DNA of 40,622 bases from a virus (IMGVR_UViG_2534682002_000024), one strand, 5' to 3'; counted from the stretch's first letter, positions 25,610 to 34,642 are shown. The notes: generated by a model from the letters alone, not told the origin. Translations and numbers: made by a program.

Positions 25610-27264
25610 CCCCGATCAAATTCATGATATGCCTCATCGTCATCACGATAACCGCCCTCCATGGCCCGCGACCGCTCCGGCAGCGCCTGACAGGCTGATT
25701 CATCCAGGATGAAGCCCTCCATGTATGACGCCCGGTTTGCCATACAGAGCGCCACGGCAAAATCGCCATGGCGGCGGGCGTTCACAGCCGTTGCGTTCTG
25801 GTCCTTCGTACGCCCCTTGTCAATTTGCGGGATACCGTTCACCACCTTCACATGGCGCAAATCATCAAGCGTGGTCTGATGGCGGGCGACGAGGATATTC
25901 TGATCCTCAAACTCGGCCTTCAGTTTTGGCATCCACTCGCAGTACCACTTCGGCGATAACATCACGCAGTCGATGATGTCCGGGCCAAAGGCCAGCAGCG
26001 CGGCTTCGGCCAGATAGCCGCCGTTACCGGTGGCGTCGAACGCCGCACCGACCAGCGCCGGAACGCGGGTCAGGATGTACATCATCACCTGCTCCTGCTG
26101 GGCATACGGCAGGTTGCGCAGCTCCACGCGAAACACCTCGCGTTTTGCCAGGGATTCAGTGATTTCCAGCAGCACAAAACAGGACAGGTCTCCGGTGCGG
26201 GCAAAGTCTTCCCCGAAGCTGAAGCGGGAACGGGAATTTAACGCCTCTAAAAGCGGTTTTAAATGTTCTTCACACCAGGTTAAAACCTCCGATTCACGCA
26301 GCCATGCGGCACGGCTGATGAAGTCGTCCGGGGCTTCAAACGTCAGAATCGGGATGTCGCGGATCATCGCCATTTCAATAAGCGCGTGAGGAATATAGGC
26401 ACCGCCGGATTTTTTCGGGATACAGCCGTATTCCTCGTCGGCATCCTCACGGGTCGGGGCGTTTTTGTAGAGATCATCACGCCACTTCTGCTCGCTTTCC
26501 GGTGACCATTCGCGGCCGGTGACATAACAGATACGACGGTACAGCCCGTCCGCAATGGCATCATCCAGGGTAATGCGGTGGACGCTGTAATCCTTGCGCC
26601 CTTCGCGGGCTTCCTGAATGTACTGATTAAACAGATTATCGACGCCGTTATGCGTGGAGATAATACGCACGCGCGCGCCCCACATGGTAAGCGCCATTGC
26701 CGCCTTGAGAAGCTCATCCAGTGACTCGTGGAACGCGGCTTCATCAATCACCACATCCCCCTGAAGGCCGCGCAGGTTTGACGGACGGGAAGACAGTGCC
26801 TGAATTTTGAATCCACTGTTCGGAAAGCGGATCATGTAGGTCAGAATTTCTTCTTTTTTATCCCGATCCCAGAAGGTCTGCTCATACACATCAGCATCTG
26901 CCAGCTGGTTAAAGGCACGGGAGAACAGTGCGCAGGCAGAAATATATTCCAGCGCCATCTCCTGCTTTGACCCCACATAAAACACATTGCGGCCACCACG
27001 CCGCTTAGGCTTTGCGGCGGTAATGACGTTACGCCCGGCTTCCGCCCAGGTAAGCCCGGTGCGGCGGGATTTTTCCGCGATGCAGACCTCGCTTTCATCC
27101 TCAAACCAGCGGGCCTGATAATCCAGAAATACCGGCATATCACCGGGCAAATCAAGGCTGTCCGGCACATCCACGCCCAGCAGGGCTTTTTCACCGGCCA
27201 GATCAATTTTGCGGGTGGAGACGGTATTCGTCAGTAAGGGGGAGAGTTCTTCGGCGTTATTCAT
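25600..27264 (-). CDS. Terminase large subunit (Mu gp28-like)
   Basis: 554 aa; ATPase-like N-terminal region and nuclease-like C-terminal region with conserved acidic residues. Confidence 0.8.
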   Translation of the reverse strand: MNNAEELSPLLTNTVSTRKIDLAGEKALLGVDVPDSLDLPGDMPVFLDYQARWFEDESEVCIAEKSRRTGLTWAEAGRNVITAAKPKRRGGRNVFYVGSKQEMALEYISACALFSRAFNQLADADVYEQTFWDRDKKEEILTYMIRFPNSGFKIQALSSRPSNLRGLQGDVVIDEAAFHESLDELLKAAMALTMWGARVRIISTHNGVDNLFNQYIQEAREGRKDYSVHRITLDDAIADGLYRRICYVTGREWSPESEQKWRDDLYKNAPTREDADEEYGCIPKKSGGAYIPHALIEMAMIRDIPILTFEAPDDFISRAAWLRESEVLTWCEEHLKPLLEALNSRSRFSFGEDFARTGDLSCFVLLEITESLAKREVFRVELRNLPYAQQEQVMMYILTRVPALVGAAFDATGNGGYLAEAALLAFGPDIIDCVMLSPKWYCEWMPKLKAEFEDQNILVARHQTTLDDLRHVKVVNGIPQIDKGRTKDQNATAVNARRHGDFAVALCMANRASYMEGFILDESACQALPERSRAMEGGYRDDDEAYHEFDRGCW

Positions 27265-27845
27265 CAGGCTTTACCCAACAGAATCCCCTTAATACGGGAC
27301 TCAAGCTGTTCACTCATCCCGTCCACGCCGCGCAGCTCGTCGGTGACGGCGTTTGCCATCTCTTCAGCAAATGCGGCCCGGATTTCTTTTTCACGCTTAA
27401 TGCTGCGCTCGGCGGCACTTTCCGCACGCTGTGCTGACAGGAGGATGTCCTTAATAAGACGCATATCCACGTCGCTGTCACTGTTCAGGGATTCGGTCGC
27501 GGCACGCAGACGGCGGTACATCAGGGCGCGGGACATCTCCAGGATCAATGCAGTGGTTTCACCGGTTGGCTTGTCCCCCAGTTCGGCCATCATGGCTTTT
27601 GTCTGCTCGCGTAAATCACGCAGGTTACGGGCAATCAGCTCATTACGGGAGGCTTCCCGGCTGATGGCCGCCGGTGAAAGCTGCTGCTCTTCCGGCAGGC
27701 CCGCCTCACGGATCAGACGGTTGATTTCCTCGCGTATCTGGACCTGCGTCAGACGTTTTTCACGCAGCATTTCCAGCAGTGGCTTACGGATGCTGTCGGG
27801 GAGCAAATCCACCTTGCGCACGCGTCCACGCGTCGGCTTGTCCAT
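27264..27845 (-). CDS. Putative terminase small subunit (Mu gp27-like)
   Basis: 193-aa helical, charged protein immediately upstream of the large terminase. Confidence 0.6.
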   Translation of the reverse strand: MDKPTRGRVRKVDLLPDSIRKPLLEMLREKRLTQVQIREEINRLIREAGLPEEQQLSPAAISREASRNELIARNLRDLREQTKAMMAELGDKPTGETTALILEMSRALMYRRLRAATESLNSDSDVDMRLIKDILLSAQRAESAAERSIKREKEIRAAFAEEMANAVTDELRGVDGMSEQLESRIKGILLGKA

Positions 27846-27847
27846 CG

Positions 27848-28138
27848 TTACCCCCTTGCGCGTGGTTTCTTCACACCCGGAACGCTGGCGCGGCCTTCCG
27901 CCACATCCTGCCCCCGGCCGGTCAGTTCCGCGATGAAATAACCGTTAATCAGAACGCGTTTGCGCACCAGTCCCTGCTCGGCAAGCCAGGCAATGTGGGT
28001 GTGAACGGTGTCGCGGGACACGCGGTGGCCGTAATCATCCAGACAGTCCTGGAGCACGGATTCACCCAGTTCACCGTTGTAATCTGCCAGCGACCGCAGA
28101 ATGACCAGACGCTGATCTTCAGTAATGAAATTACTCAT
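27848..28138 (-). CDS. Mu gp26-like protein
   Basis: 96-aa ORF, conserved position. Confidence 0.45.
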   Translation of the reverse strand: MSNFITEDQRLVILRSLADYNGELGESVLQDCLDDYGHRVSRDTVHTHIAWLAEQGLVRKRVLINGYFIAELTGRGQDVAEGRASVPGVKKPRARG

Positions 28139-28442
28139 TCGTTTTTTTCCTTACCGCCTGCTCCAGCAGCAGTTCGTTCTGATAGGAGACAGAGCGGAGC
28201 GTGGCGTTCGTGGTTTTCAGTTCACCCCGCAGGGTCACGATTTCCACATTCAGACGGTTGACCTCAGCTTCTGTCGGCAGTGACGACAGGCGGGTTTCCA
28301 CCTTCTCAACGCGGTCGGAGAGTTTTTCAAAGGCCTCGCGGGGGACAAACGTTTTGCGCATCAGCGCCATGAATATCCCGCCAGCGGTTGCCGTCGCCGA
28401 AAGGATCGGCACAACATAATCTTTAACGATGCTGACCCACAT
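28131..28442 (-). CDS. Mu gp25-like membrane protein (possible releasin-type lysis factor)
   Basis: 103 aa with one N-terminal TM segment (VVPILSATATAGGIFMALM) and a coiled-coil tail; located in the lysis region. Confidence 0.5.
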   Translation of the reverse strand: MWVSIVKDYVVPILSATATAGGIFMALMRKTFVPREAFEKLSDRVEKVETRLSSLPTEAEVNRLNVEIVTLRGELKTTNATLRSVSYQNELLLEQAVRKKTNE

Positions 28443-28650
28443 GACGGGCCTCCATGATGTTCTGGCAGTTCACACAACGGATGGCATCCGGCACAGCAAC
28501 AAGACGTGCGGCGGGGATCTCTCCGCCACAGTCCGCGCAGACACGTCTGCCCGGAGCATCCATTGCCCGGCGCTTACGTGTCAGCCGGTTACAAAGGGCG
28601 CGTTCTGATCCCCGCTCCATCACAGCCTGAGCACGATCTGAATCATCCAT
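28423..28650 (-). CDS. TraR/DksA-family C4 zinc-finger protein
   Basis: CADCGGEIPAARL...IRCVNCQ is a C4 zinc finger of TraR/DksA type. Start placed at ATG 28650 (MDDSDRAQ), which has an AAGGA RBS. Confidence 0.7.
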   Translation of the reverse strand: MDDSDRAQAVMERGSERALCNRLTRKRRAMDAPGRRVCADCGGEIPAARLVAVPDAIRCVNCQNIMEARHVGQHR

Positions 28651-28660
28651 ACCTTTTTCC

Positions 28661-29032
28661 TTACTTCGTCTTTCCTGCCGGAACAGCAGGCGTTCCGGCC
28701 ATATCAGTAAATTCATGTTGTCGCCGCGCCTCCAGACGACGAATACTGGCCTTGTCCACGTTGCAGTTCTTGATCACCGCCAGCAGTTGCAGGTTGTAAG
28801 TGACCGATGCCCCAAACGTGAACGGCTCCGGCACAGGAGGGACCAGGCAGTCAGCCAGCCATTCAGCGGGGATCGGCACCGGCTTCACAGGCACGTATTT
28901 CACAGACGGCCCGGCGCACCCGATCAGCCACATCATCAGGAACAGGGGCAGAGGCCGCAGGCACCGCTGCCAGCGACCGGCGGACAACGCTCTGCTGTCC
29001 CTCGCTGTGCTGAATGTTCTGTTGTTTTTCAT
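28661..29032 (-). CDS. Putative o-spanin (outer-membrane lipoprotein spanin subunit)
   Basis: Lipobox LIGC after a hydrophobic segment, proline-rich mature part, and an overlapped out-of-frame arrangement with the upstream i-spanin candidate. Start codon uncertain. Confidence 0.5.
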   Translation of the reverse strand: MKNNRTFSTARDSRALSAGRWQRCLRPLPLFLMMWLIGCAGPSVKYVPVKPVPIPAEWLADCLVPPVPEPFTFGASVTYNLQLLAVIKNCNVDKASIRRLEARRQHEFTDMAGTPAVPAGKTK

Positions 29033-29363
29033 TCGTGGCCGCCTCACTGATTTGTGAAATGAGTTGCAGGGTGTGCTGCTGATTTGCCAGCACCTGACGC
29101 GCCTCATCCCGCTCACGCACAAGCACCTGATTATTGTCTTCAAGGCGCTGCGTCTTCTGGTGCATTCCCCATATCGCGGCAACCAGTACAGCGATAATCC
29201 CCAGCGCCGCCATGCACGCCCCGGCAATCAGGGCCGGTAAGGCATTATTCACCGCAGCCACAGGACACCCCGTAACAGCAGTACCGCACACAGCAGCGCT
29301 ATCATGAGCGGTCGCCAGAAGCGGTTCAGACTTTCGGCAAGTCGTAGCGACATAACCATTCAT
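28863..29363 (-). CDS. Putative i-spanin (inner-membrane spanin subunit)
   Basis: TM segment (ALPALIAGACMAALGIIAVLVAAIW) followed by a coiled-coil periplasmic region; directly after the endolysin. Start codon uncertain. Confidence 0.5.
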   Translation of the reverse strand: MNGYVATTCRKSEPLLATAHDSAAVCGTAVTGCPVAAVNNALPALIAGACMAALGIIAVLVAAIWGMHQKTQRLEDNNQVLVRERDEARQVLANQQHTLQLISQISEAATNEKQQNIQHSEGQQSVVRRSLAAVPAASAPVPDDVADRVRRAVCEIRACEAGADPR

Positions 29364-29826
29364 CCGCCGAACGGCGGGCCTCAAGGCCGGGGAGTTTCAC
29401 CCCCTTTGAATAAATCCAGCGGATATACTGCTTACAGGACGCGGGCATCTGCCCGGCATTGATCAGGCGCAGAAGCGTGGAGTTGCGGAAGTTCGTTTCA
29501 CCGGCCCAGAAGATCCACGAAGCCAGCGCCACAGTCTGACCACGGGTAAGCGGCACCTGAACACGCCGATCAATGGCCGCAAAGGCCCATTTCATGTCCT
29601 TTTCCAGTAGTTCCAGGCATTCTTCATCCGTCAGGGTCATACCCGGTTTCACATCCGGGCCGGTATGGCCGTAACAGATGGTGGGTGTACCGGTGGGATC
29701 GATATACGTGGAGTTTTCTTTCCCTTCCCAGTAACCGGTGTAATGCGTGGCAATCGTGAACGTCCCGGCACCGGCCAGAACAAGGGCAATCAGCTTTTTA
29801 CGCAGTGGTGCGGGGAGTTTTGGCAT
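29326..29826 (-). CDS. Endolysin, phage lysozyme family with N-terminal signal-anchor-release type hydrophobic segment
   Basis: Hydrophobic segment LIALVLAGAGTFTIA at the N-terminus, then a lysozyme-like body. No holin gene was recognised nearby. Confidence 0.75.
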   Translation of the reverse strand: MPKLPAPLRKKLIALVLAGAGTFTIATHYTGYWEGKENSTYIDPTGTPTICYGHTGPDVKPGMTLTDEECLELLEKDMKWAFAAIDRRVQVPLTRGQTVALASWIFWAGETNFRNSTLLRLINAGQMPASCKQYIRWIYSKGVKLPGLEARRSADEWLCRYDLPKV

Positions 29827-29897
29827 TGTTACGCTGTCTCATGATGTTCTCTGAGTCAGCGTAACGGTGAAGGAAAGGCGGCAGGCTTTGCGGAATA

Positions 29898-30323
29898 TCA
29901 GAAAAGTGGCGGTTGCGTTCTTGCCAGATGCAGACGGCGCTGTTCACGTATGACGGTATAAATCTGGGTTTCTGACATCCGGTAATGGCGGCGAAGGGAT
30001 TCAATTTTCTCGCCCCGGTCCCAGCGCGAAAATATCTCATTGTTTCGCAGCTCGGCAAAGAGAGATTCCCCGACCGGCAGGTAATAACCCCGTCCGCCCA
30101 TATAGGCTGCCTGAGCCGCAGCCACCTTGCGTGCCAGTTTACCGGCCAGTACCGGCTCAATCCCCTGACGCTGAAGTTCTGCGCCGGTGACTTCAACCAG
30201 TTCTGACAGGGTCCGCGGCCAGTTCTTTTTGAGAACATCATCAGGGATGTCATCAAGGCGGTCGATAAGGGCGTGCAGTTGCTCACTGTCACCACCAAAC
30301 ATGCTCATCTGAGTTTCTGCCAT
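29898..30323 (-). CDS. Mor/C-family transcriptional activator
   Basis: 141 aa; the C-terminal part (GRGYYLP ... IYTVIREQRRLHLARTQPPLF) parallels Mu Mor as I recall it. Whether it is the Mor or the C equivalent is not resolved. Confidence 0.7.
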   Translation of the reverse strand: MAETQMSMFGGDSEQLHALIDRLDDIPDDVLKKNWPRTLSELVEVTGAELQRQGIEPVLAGKLARKVAAAQAAYMGGRGYYLPVGESLFAELRNNEIFSRWDRGEKIESLRRHYRMSETQIYTVIREQRRLHLARTQPPLF

Positions 30324-30354
30324 ATCAGCCTCCGGTTCTCACGTTCCCGGTAAG

Positions 30355-30386
30355 TTTAAAATAAAAATCCCGCGTTGTGGCGGGAT
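30355..30386 (-). terminator. Intrinsic terminator downstream of gemA-like gene
   Basis: Hairpin ATCCCGC-gttgtg-GCGGGAT (30367-30386) followed on the minus strand by a T-rich run (TTTTTATTTTAAA). Confidence 0.5.
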
Positions 30387-30392
30387 TTGGGG

Positions 30393-30902
30393 TTAACGGG
30401 GAAGTGATTTTTCATACTGCCTGCAAACGGCGTCATACCCCATCAGCGTGCGTTCGGGCATTCCCATCGCGGCCAGCATTTTGCGGCGGTGCCATCGCTT
30501 GAGACGCTCCAGCACATCTGAGGCCAGGGCGGGGTGTTGCTCCAGCCACTGCCAGTTTGCCACACCTTCGCCGCCGTTCTGCGCGGCCGTCTGCGATTTC
30601 ACCCAGCGGTTAAGGGCGGTTTCCGCACCATCGGTGATAAAGCCCTGCCGGAGCATCACCTTCCAGATGGCGCGAATTTTGGCGGTCACCGTACCCGGTT
30701 TTAAGGCCCGGTTAACCGGGTTCTGACGCACTTTAAAACCGCGTTTTTTGAAAACATCCAGCACGCGGGATAACTCATCCGGTGACATATCCCGGCAGCT
30801 GGTTTTGCCGGTGGCTGCCAGCAGCGCGGATGTATAAGTCTCATCATCCAGGGCAAGCTCGCGCTTTGCCACATGAATGGCGGATATCAGTTTTCCTCTC
30901 AT
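30393..30902 (-). CDS. GemA-like protein (Mu gp16 family)
   Basis: 169 aa; sits immediately upstream of the Mor/C-type gene as gemA does in Mu. Confidence 0.65.
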   Translation of the reverse strand: MRGKLISAIHVAKRELALDDETYTSALLAATGKTSCRDMSPDELSRVLDVFKKRGFKVRQNPVNRALKPGTVTAKIRAIWKVMLRQGFITDGAETALNRWVKSQTAAQNGGEGVANWQWLEQHPALASDVLERLKRWHRRKMLAAMGMPERTLMGYDAVCRQYEKSLPR

Positions 30903-31195
30903 ACCGTATTTACCTTTTTACGGACATGGAAAGCCTTTTCTGCCTCATCCCACCGGGCATGGTGTGTTGGTGGAATAATCATTATGTGCCAGCCATCTCT
31001 GGTTGTTATCCGGCAGAAAAATTCACCGCTATATAACACAATGGCCTGCTGAATGAGCGCATCAGCCGCCCGTTCAACCGGATGTCTTTTATCAAAAAAG
31101 CAGATGATTTTTCGACATAACCACCGGGTAATAACAAATGCGCCGAAAAAGGATGTGATATATAAGCACCAGAACAACAGAGAACTATTGTCCAT
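30899..31195 (-). CDS. Hypothetical membrane protein (one N-terminal TM helix)
   Basis: 98-aa ORF; hydrophobic segment LLFWCLYITSFFGAFVI. Confidence 0.45.
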   Translation of the reverse strand: MDNSSLLFWCLYITSFFGAFVITRWLCRKIICFFDKRHPVERAADALIQQAIVLYSGEFFCRITTRDGWHIMIIPPTHHARWDEAEKAFHVRKKVNTV

Positions 31196-31382
31196 TATCT
31201 TTCTCCTTATTCACTCTTCTGCGGCATTCGGCACAGTCATCAGGGCTTTCAAATGTATCCGGCTCGCGATTATGAGCCAGATATAACCACCGTCCACATA
31301 TACTGATATTTTCGCCTGTTTTAAAAAAATGATGCTTCCTGGCCATTAGTGGCCGCGCCCATCCAGCGGGTAGACTATTCAT
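31185..31382 (-). CDS. Hypothetical 65-aa protein with possible Cys-based metal-binding motif
   Basis: Short ORF in the co-oriented early operon, containing ICGRW ... DDCAEC. Confidence 0.4.
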   Translation of the reverse strand: MNSLPAGWARPLMARKHHFFKTGENISICGRWLYLAHNREPDTFESPDDCAECRRRVNKEKDNGQ

Positions 31383-31710
31383 TTGCTTTATCCTCCATGC
31401 TGGACAGAATCATATGTATTAATGTCGGGCGTGGAGATATACGCATTTCATTAAGCGTCTGAAGGGCAGCAACAGCTGCCTGTTTATCGGTGCCTTTGGC
31501 AATTTCAGCAAGAGAATGCACAATCCATAACGGGCTTAACGCTACGGCTGAATGCAGAATCATGTCATCCATAATAATTTCTGGCATATCCCGTTTGTCA
31601 CATTCTTTATCCATAAAAGAAACGATTTTTTCTGCATCTTCCGGTTTCATGCCTCCGGCGATGAGAATTTTACGATATTCATAAGACGATCTTAATTCAA
31701 TACTCATCAT
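31375..31710 (-). CDS. Hypothetical early protein
   Basis: 111-aa ORF in the co-oriented early operon. Confidence 0.45.
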   Translation of the reverse strand: MMSIELRSSYEYRKILIAGGMKPEDAEKIVSFMDKECDKRDMPEIIMDDMILHSAVALSPLWIVHSLAEIAKGTDKQAAVAALQTLNEMRISPRPTLIHMILSSMEDKANE

Positions 31711-31722
31711 TCACCTGCCTGT

Positions 31723-32115
31723 TTAATCAGTTTCCAGTGCTTTGCTACGGGCAACAGCCTCACACTCAAAAAATACCGACTCCGGCACACGCTCCTTTAA
31801 TTCACGAACAAGAAAATCATTAACGAGTTCATGACGTCTTATATTTCTTTCCTTTTCCTCCTGGCGCAATACAGCAAGGCGGTATTCAACAGTCCGGCGT
31901 TGTTTCTGAAAGACAGCTAGTGCTTTTCTGGCAGAGTTACGCCATGTATCATCGCCACAGGGTTCGTATTCAAGCTGAAATTTAATCTCTTCAATGGTTT
32001 CTTTTATTTTTGCCAGCAAGCTAAGACAGTCGCTGATTGTCTTCAGTTTTTCATTATCAATATAACTTCTCACGCATTCACCTCCCGTCATTCCGGTAAA
32101 GCTGAAATATGGCAC
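31723..32115 (-). CDS. Hypothetical early protein (coiled-coil); start may be an internal ATG
   Basis: 130-aa ORF in the co-oriented early operon. Confidence 0.4.
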   Translation of the reverse strand: MPYFSFTGMTGGECVRSYIDNEKLKTISDCLSLLAKIKETIEEIKFQLEYEPCGDDTWRNSARKALAVFQKQRRTVEYRLAVLRQEEKERNIRRHELVNDFLVRELKERVPESVFFECEAVARSKALETD

Positions 32116-32399
32116 CAGTGCGTCACCTGTCCGTCCTCATCTTCAAGGCAGGCTCCGGTTTCTTCATCAATAAAAAAGCCTTCATACCCCATATGGCCGA
32201 TGCGCAGTTCCTGTTGGTCACCATACTGAACAATCAGCACGACAGCCTCCATATCAGGCGGAAATGCGTCATCCAGTGAATGCCAGGGATAACCGCGCAA
32301 ATCCCCGAAATAAACACCGGTCAGCGTTCCGCCACAAACCGACATTCCGGCGACACATACCAGAGGCTCGTCTGATTCAACAAATAATGTCGTTATCAT
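32088..32399 (-). CDS. Hypothetical strongly acidic early protein (candidate DNA mimic)
   Basis: 103 aa with about 19 Asp/Glu against 2 Arg and no Lys, clustered as DEETGACLEDEDGQ; translationally coupled to the upstream gene. Confidence 0.45.
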   Translation of the reverse strand: MITTLFVESDEPLVCVAGMSVCGGTLTGVYFGDLRGYPWHSLDDAFPPDMEAVVLIVQYGDQQELRIGHMGYEGFFIDEETGACLEDEDGQVTHWCHISALPE

Positions 32400-32947
32400 G
32401 GCATTAACTCCCGTAATACAACATCTTCGGCAGTCCGGCGATGGTGATAAATAAAATTCACCGTACTCTCGGATAATTCAAATTTCTCGCCTATTTCCCG
32501 GAAGGTAAGACGTCGTGGTGATTCAGCATCCCGTAATTCACGAATAAGATGAACATCATCATCAGGTATACGGGTGAAGGGCAGCAACTCTCCGTATTTT
32601 TTCATGCTTACGCCAATATATCGCGCCCGTTTGTGGACAGAATCCCGGTCTCGCCCCAGATATTCTCCTATTTGCTTACCGGTCATCGTTCTGGCATTTT
32701 TTCGGATAAATTTATCTTCATCATGTTTAAATCTTGGACGTTTGCATTTGAGCAACTCCGGGTAAGTACCGCGTAATAAAACAATCCGGTTATGTACACC
32801 CCAGAAACTTCTTTTTACCCTGACAGCAATATCCTTAACCGGGGTGGATGGATAAAGCGCAATCAGCAGTGCATCTTCTTCAGGTGTCCACGCACGGACA
32901 TGAGCGGGTGCACGGCCTTTTCGCCCCATGGGTTGTAAAATCATCAT
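32396..32947 (-). CDS. Hypothetical early protein with SANT/Myb-like WTPEEDALL motif and C-terminal HTH-like segment
   Basis: 183-aa ORF containing AWTPEEDALLIALY and LTFREIGEKFELSESTV. Confidence 0.45.
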   Translation of the reverse strand: MMILQPMGRKGRAPAHVRAWTPEEDALLIALYPSTPVKDIAVRVKRSFWGVHNRIVLLRGTYPELLKCKRPRFKHDEDKFIRKNARTMTGKQIGEYLGRDRDSVHKRARYIGVSMKKYGELLPFTRIPDDDVHLIRELRDAESPRRLTFREIGEKFELSESTVNFIYHHRRTAEDVVLRELMP

Positions 32948-32950
32948 ACA

Positions 32951-33466
32951 TCACCCCCTGACTCGCTTTTCAGCAGCATAAAACTCATCAGACAGAATTT
33001 CGGTCATTTTCTGTTTTGCGGGTTTTACGCCGCACTGAAGGTAAATCACATCGTCAACGCAGAACCACTCCACAGGGCCAAACAGGATTGCCGAGAAATC
33101 AATACCCAGCCAGAACAACAGGGCATCGGTTCTGGCATACGTGACGGGCGAATATTCACGCCACAGACTGTTAAGTTCGTCAGAGGCAGCGCACAGGGCT
33201 TTGGGAATACACGATGTGCGCGGCGTGCAGCTCCAGCCATTCGACGCAGTCGGTTTTCGCCATAAGTCGCGATGAAAAGGATATTTGTTATCCGTAAAAC
33301 GCAGTCCTTTAAAATAAAAACCATTGATACCGGATACAAATACCGACCGACAATCAACATTCAGCACGGCCTCAAGACGTTTTGCCTCATCCTTAACTTT
33401 CTTGTAGTCCTGCTGGTATTTTTGCCACGCAGCCAGCGCGGAAGGGTTTGATGTTTTAAAGAACAT
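32951..33466 (-). CDS. Hypothetical early protein
   Basis: 171-aa ORF in operon context. Confidence 0.45.
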   Translation of the reverse strand: MFFKTSNPSALAAWQKYQQDYKKVKDEAKRLEAVLNVDCRSVFVSGINGFYFKGLRFTDNKYPFHRDLWRKPTASNGWSCTPRTSCIPKALCAASDELNSLWREYSPVTYARTDALLFWLGIDFSAILFGPVEWFCVDDVIYLQCGVKPAKQKMTEILSDEFYAAEKRVRG

Positions 33467-33999
33467 TACGCCACCTCCGCAGATATCCCGGCAGGCGCAG
33501 CCGTCCGGTCAACAATCAGGTAACGCAGAACATGTTCGGTGATATTCCAGCCGCTTAAACCGCAGATAATGACACCCAGGCGAATGTCGATATACGCCAT
33601 CACAAACTGGGGCACGCCTTCTTTCATGGCCTGCTCATCAACTTCAGCCACCACATAAACGGTTTCGCAGGTCAGTACGCCCTGAGCAAATTCCCACGCC
33701 ATCGACGGAATATCATGCCCCTCAATCCACGGCAGGGATTTTCTGAAGCTGCACCACTGAACATCATCAGCCGCACCTTCCTGGCTGCATTTGCGACGAA
33801 CCGGCTGCACCGGGCGGGGACGCGGAATATCATAAAAACCGTTACATTCCGTCAGCACCCCGGCATCGACCGCATCACGCAGAAAATAAACCATCGAGGA
33901 TGGCGGCATATTCATTTTTTCAGCCAGAATGCCGCAGGTCAGACGCCCGTAAATACTCAGCCAGTTTTTAACCCCTTCAAGCACTTTTGCATCAATCAT
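33466..33999 (-). CDS. Hypothetical early protein
   Basis: 177-aa ORF in operon context. Confidence 0.45.
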   Translation of the reverse strand: MIDAKVLEGVKNWLSIYGRLTCGILAEKMNMPPSSMVYFLRDAVDAGVLTECNGFYDIPRPRPVQPVRRKCSQEGAADDVQWCSFRKSLPWIEGHDIPSMAWEFAQGVLTCETVYVVAEVDEQAMKEGVPQFVMAYIDIRLGVIICGLSGWNITEHVLRYLIVDRTAAPAGISAEVA

Positions 34000-34002
34000 G
34001 AA

Positions 34003-34545
34003 TTATTCCTCCGTCAGCGCCACATATTCAGAATGTTTAATTTCCTGGCATTCTTCAGGAATACACCCTTTTATTTCCCTGCCATAAGCGCCTACTTTAA
34101 ACACCACGCACAGGGCATCACGGGAGAGCGACGGGGTCCACCAGGAGTCCGTGTTAAACATGGAGGGGATTCTCATTACCCCCAGCTTTTCACAGAGCCA
34201 GACAAGGAAATCAGGACGCTTTCTTAACTCACGTTCAGCGGTTTCAATCATTGCGGCAATCGCCGGACCTTCAGGGCATGACTCATCAGGTCTGGCAATA
34301 AAGCACGGTCCGTCCCCGATAAAAGCCACATCATCGCGCTTACGCCAGCCCGCAGGCAGAGCACCAGAAAAATAAAACTCACTGATTACGTCCATGGCAA
34401 ACGGCTTTAAGCGCAATCCGGCAGCGCCTGTATTTTTCAGTAATGCCCGAAGAATACTGTTGCGTAGCGGTAAAACAGTCTGTTGATATTTGGTGAAATA
34501 TTTATTTGTCTGCACACGGTCTAATTTGAAATAAAAATATGCCAT
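34003..34545 (-). CDS. Hypothetical early protein
   Basis: 180-aa ORF following gam. Confidence 0.45.
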   Translation of the reverse strand: MAYFYFKLDRVQTNKYFTKYQQTVLPLRNSILRALLKNTGAAGLRLKPFAMDVISEFYFSGALPAGWRKRDDVAFIGDGPCFIARPDESCPEGPAIAAMIETAERELRKRPDFLVWLCEKLGVMRIPSMFNTDSWWTPSLSRDALCVVFKVGAYGREIKGCIPEECQEIKHSEYVALTEE

Positions 34546-34642
34546 ATATCCTGTTCCTTATTTTCAGTTTACAGGCGCAGGCAGTCCCCTGACGCGAGCG
34601 CCATAATTAAAACGAAGTGATATTTAATTGATTAATGCGGTG

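Noticed and set aside
25028-25627. 199-aa plus-strand ORF antisense to the portal gene
   Set aside because: Antisense artefact within a conserved gene.
29798-30298. 166-aa ORF in an alternative frame within the Mor/C-like gene
   Set aside because: The Mor/C frame has a recognisable family signature and operon fit; this frame is Arg/Ser-rich with no signal.
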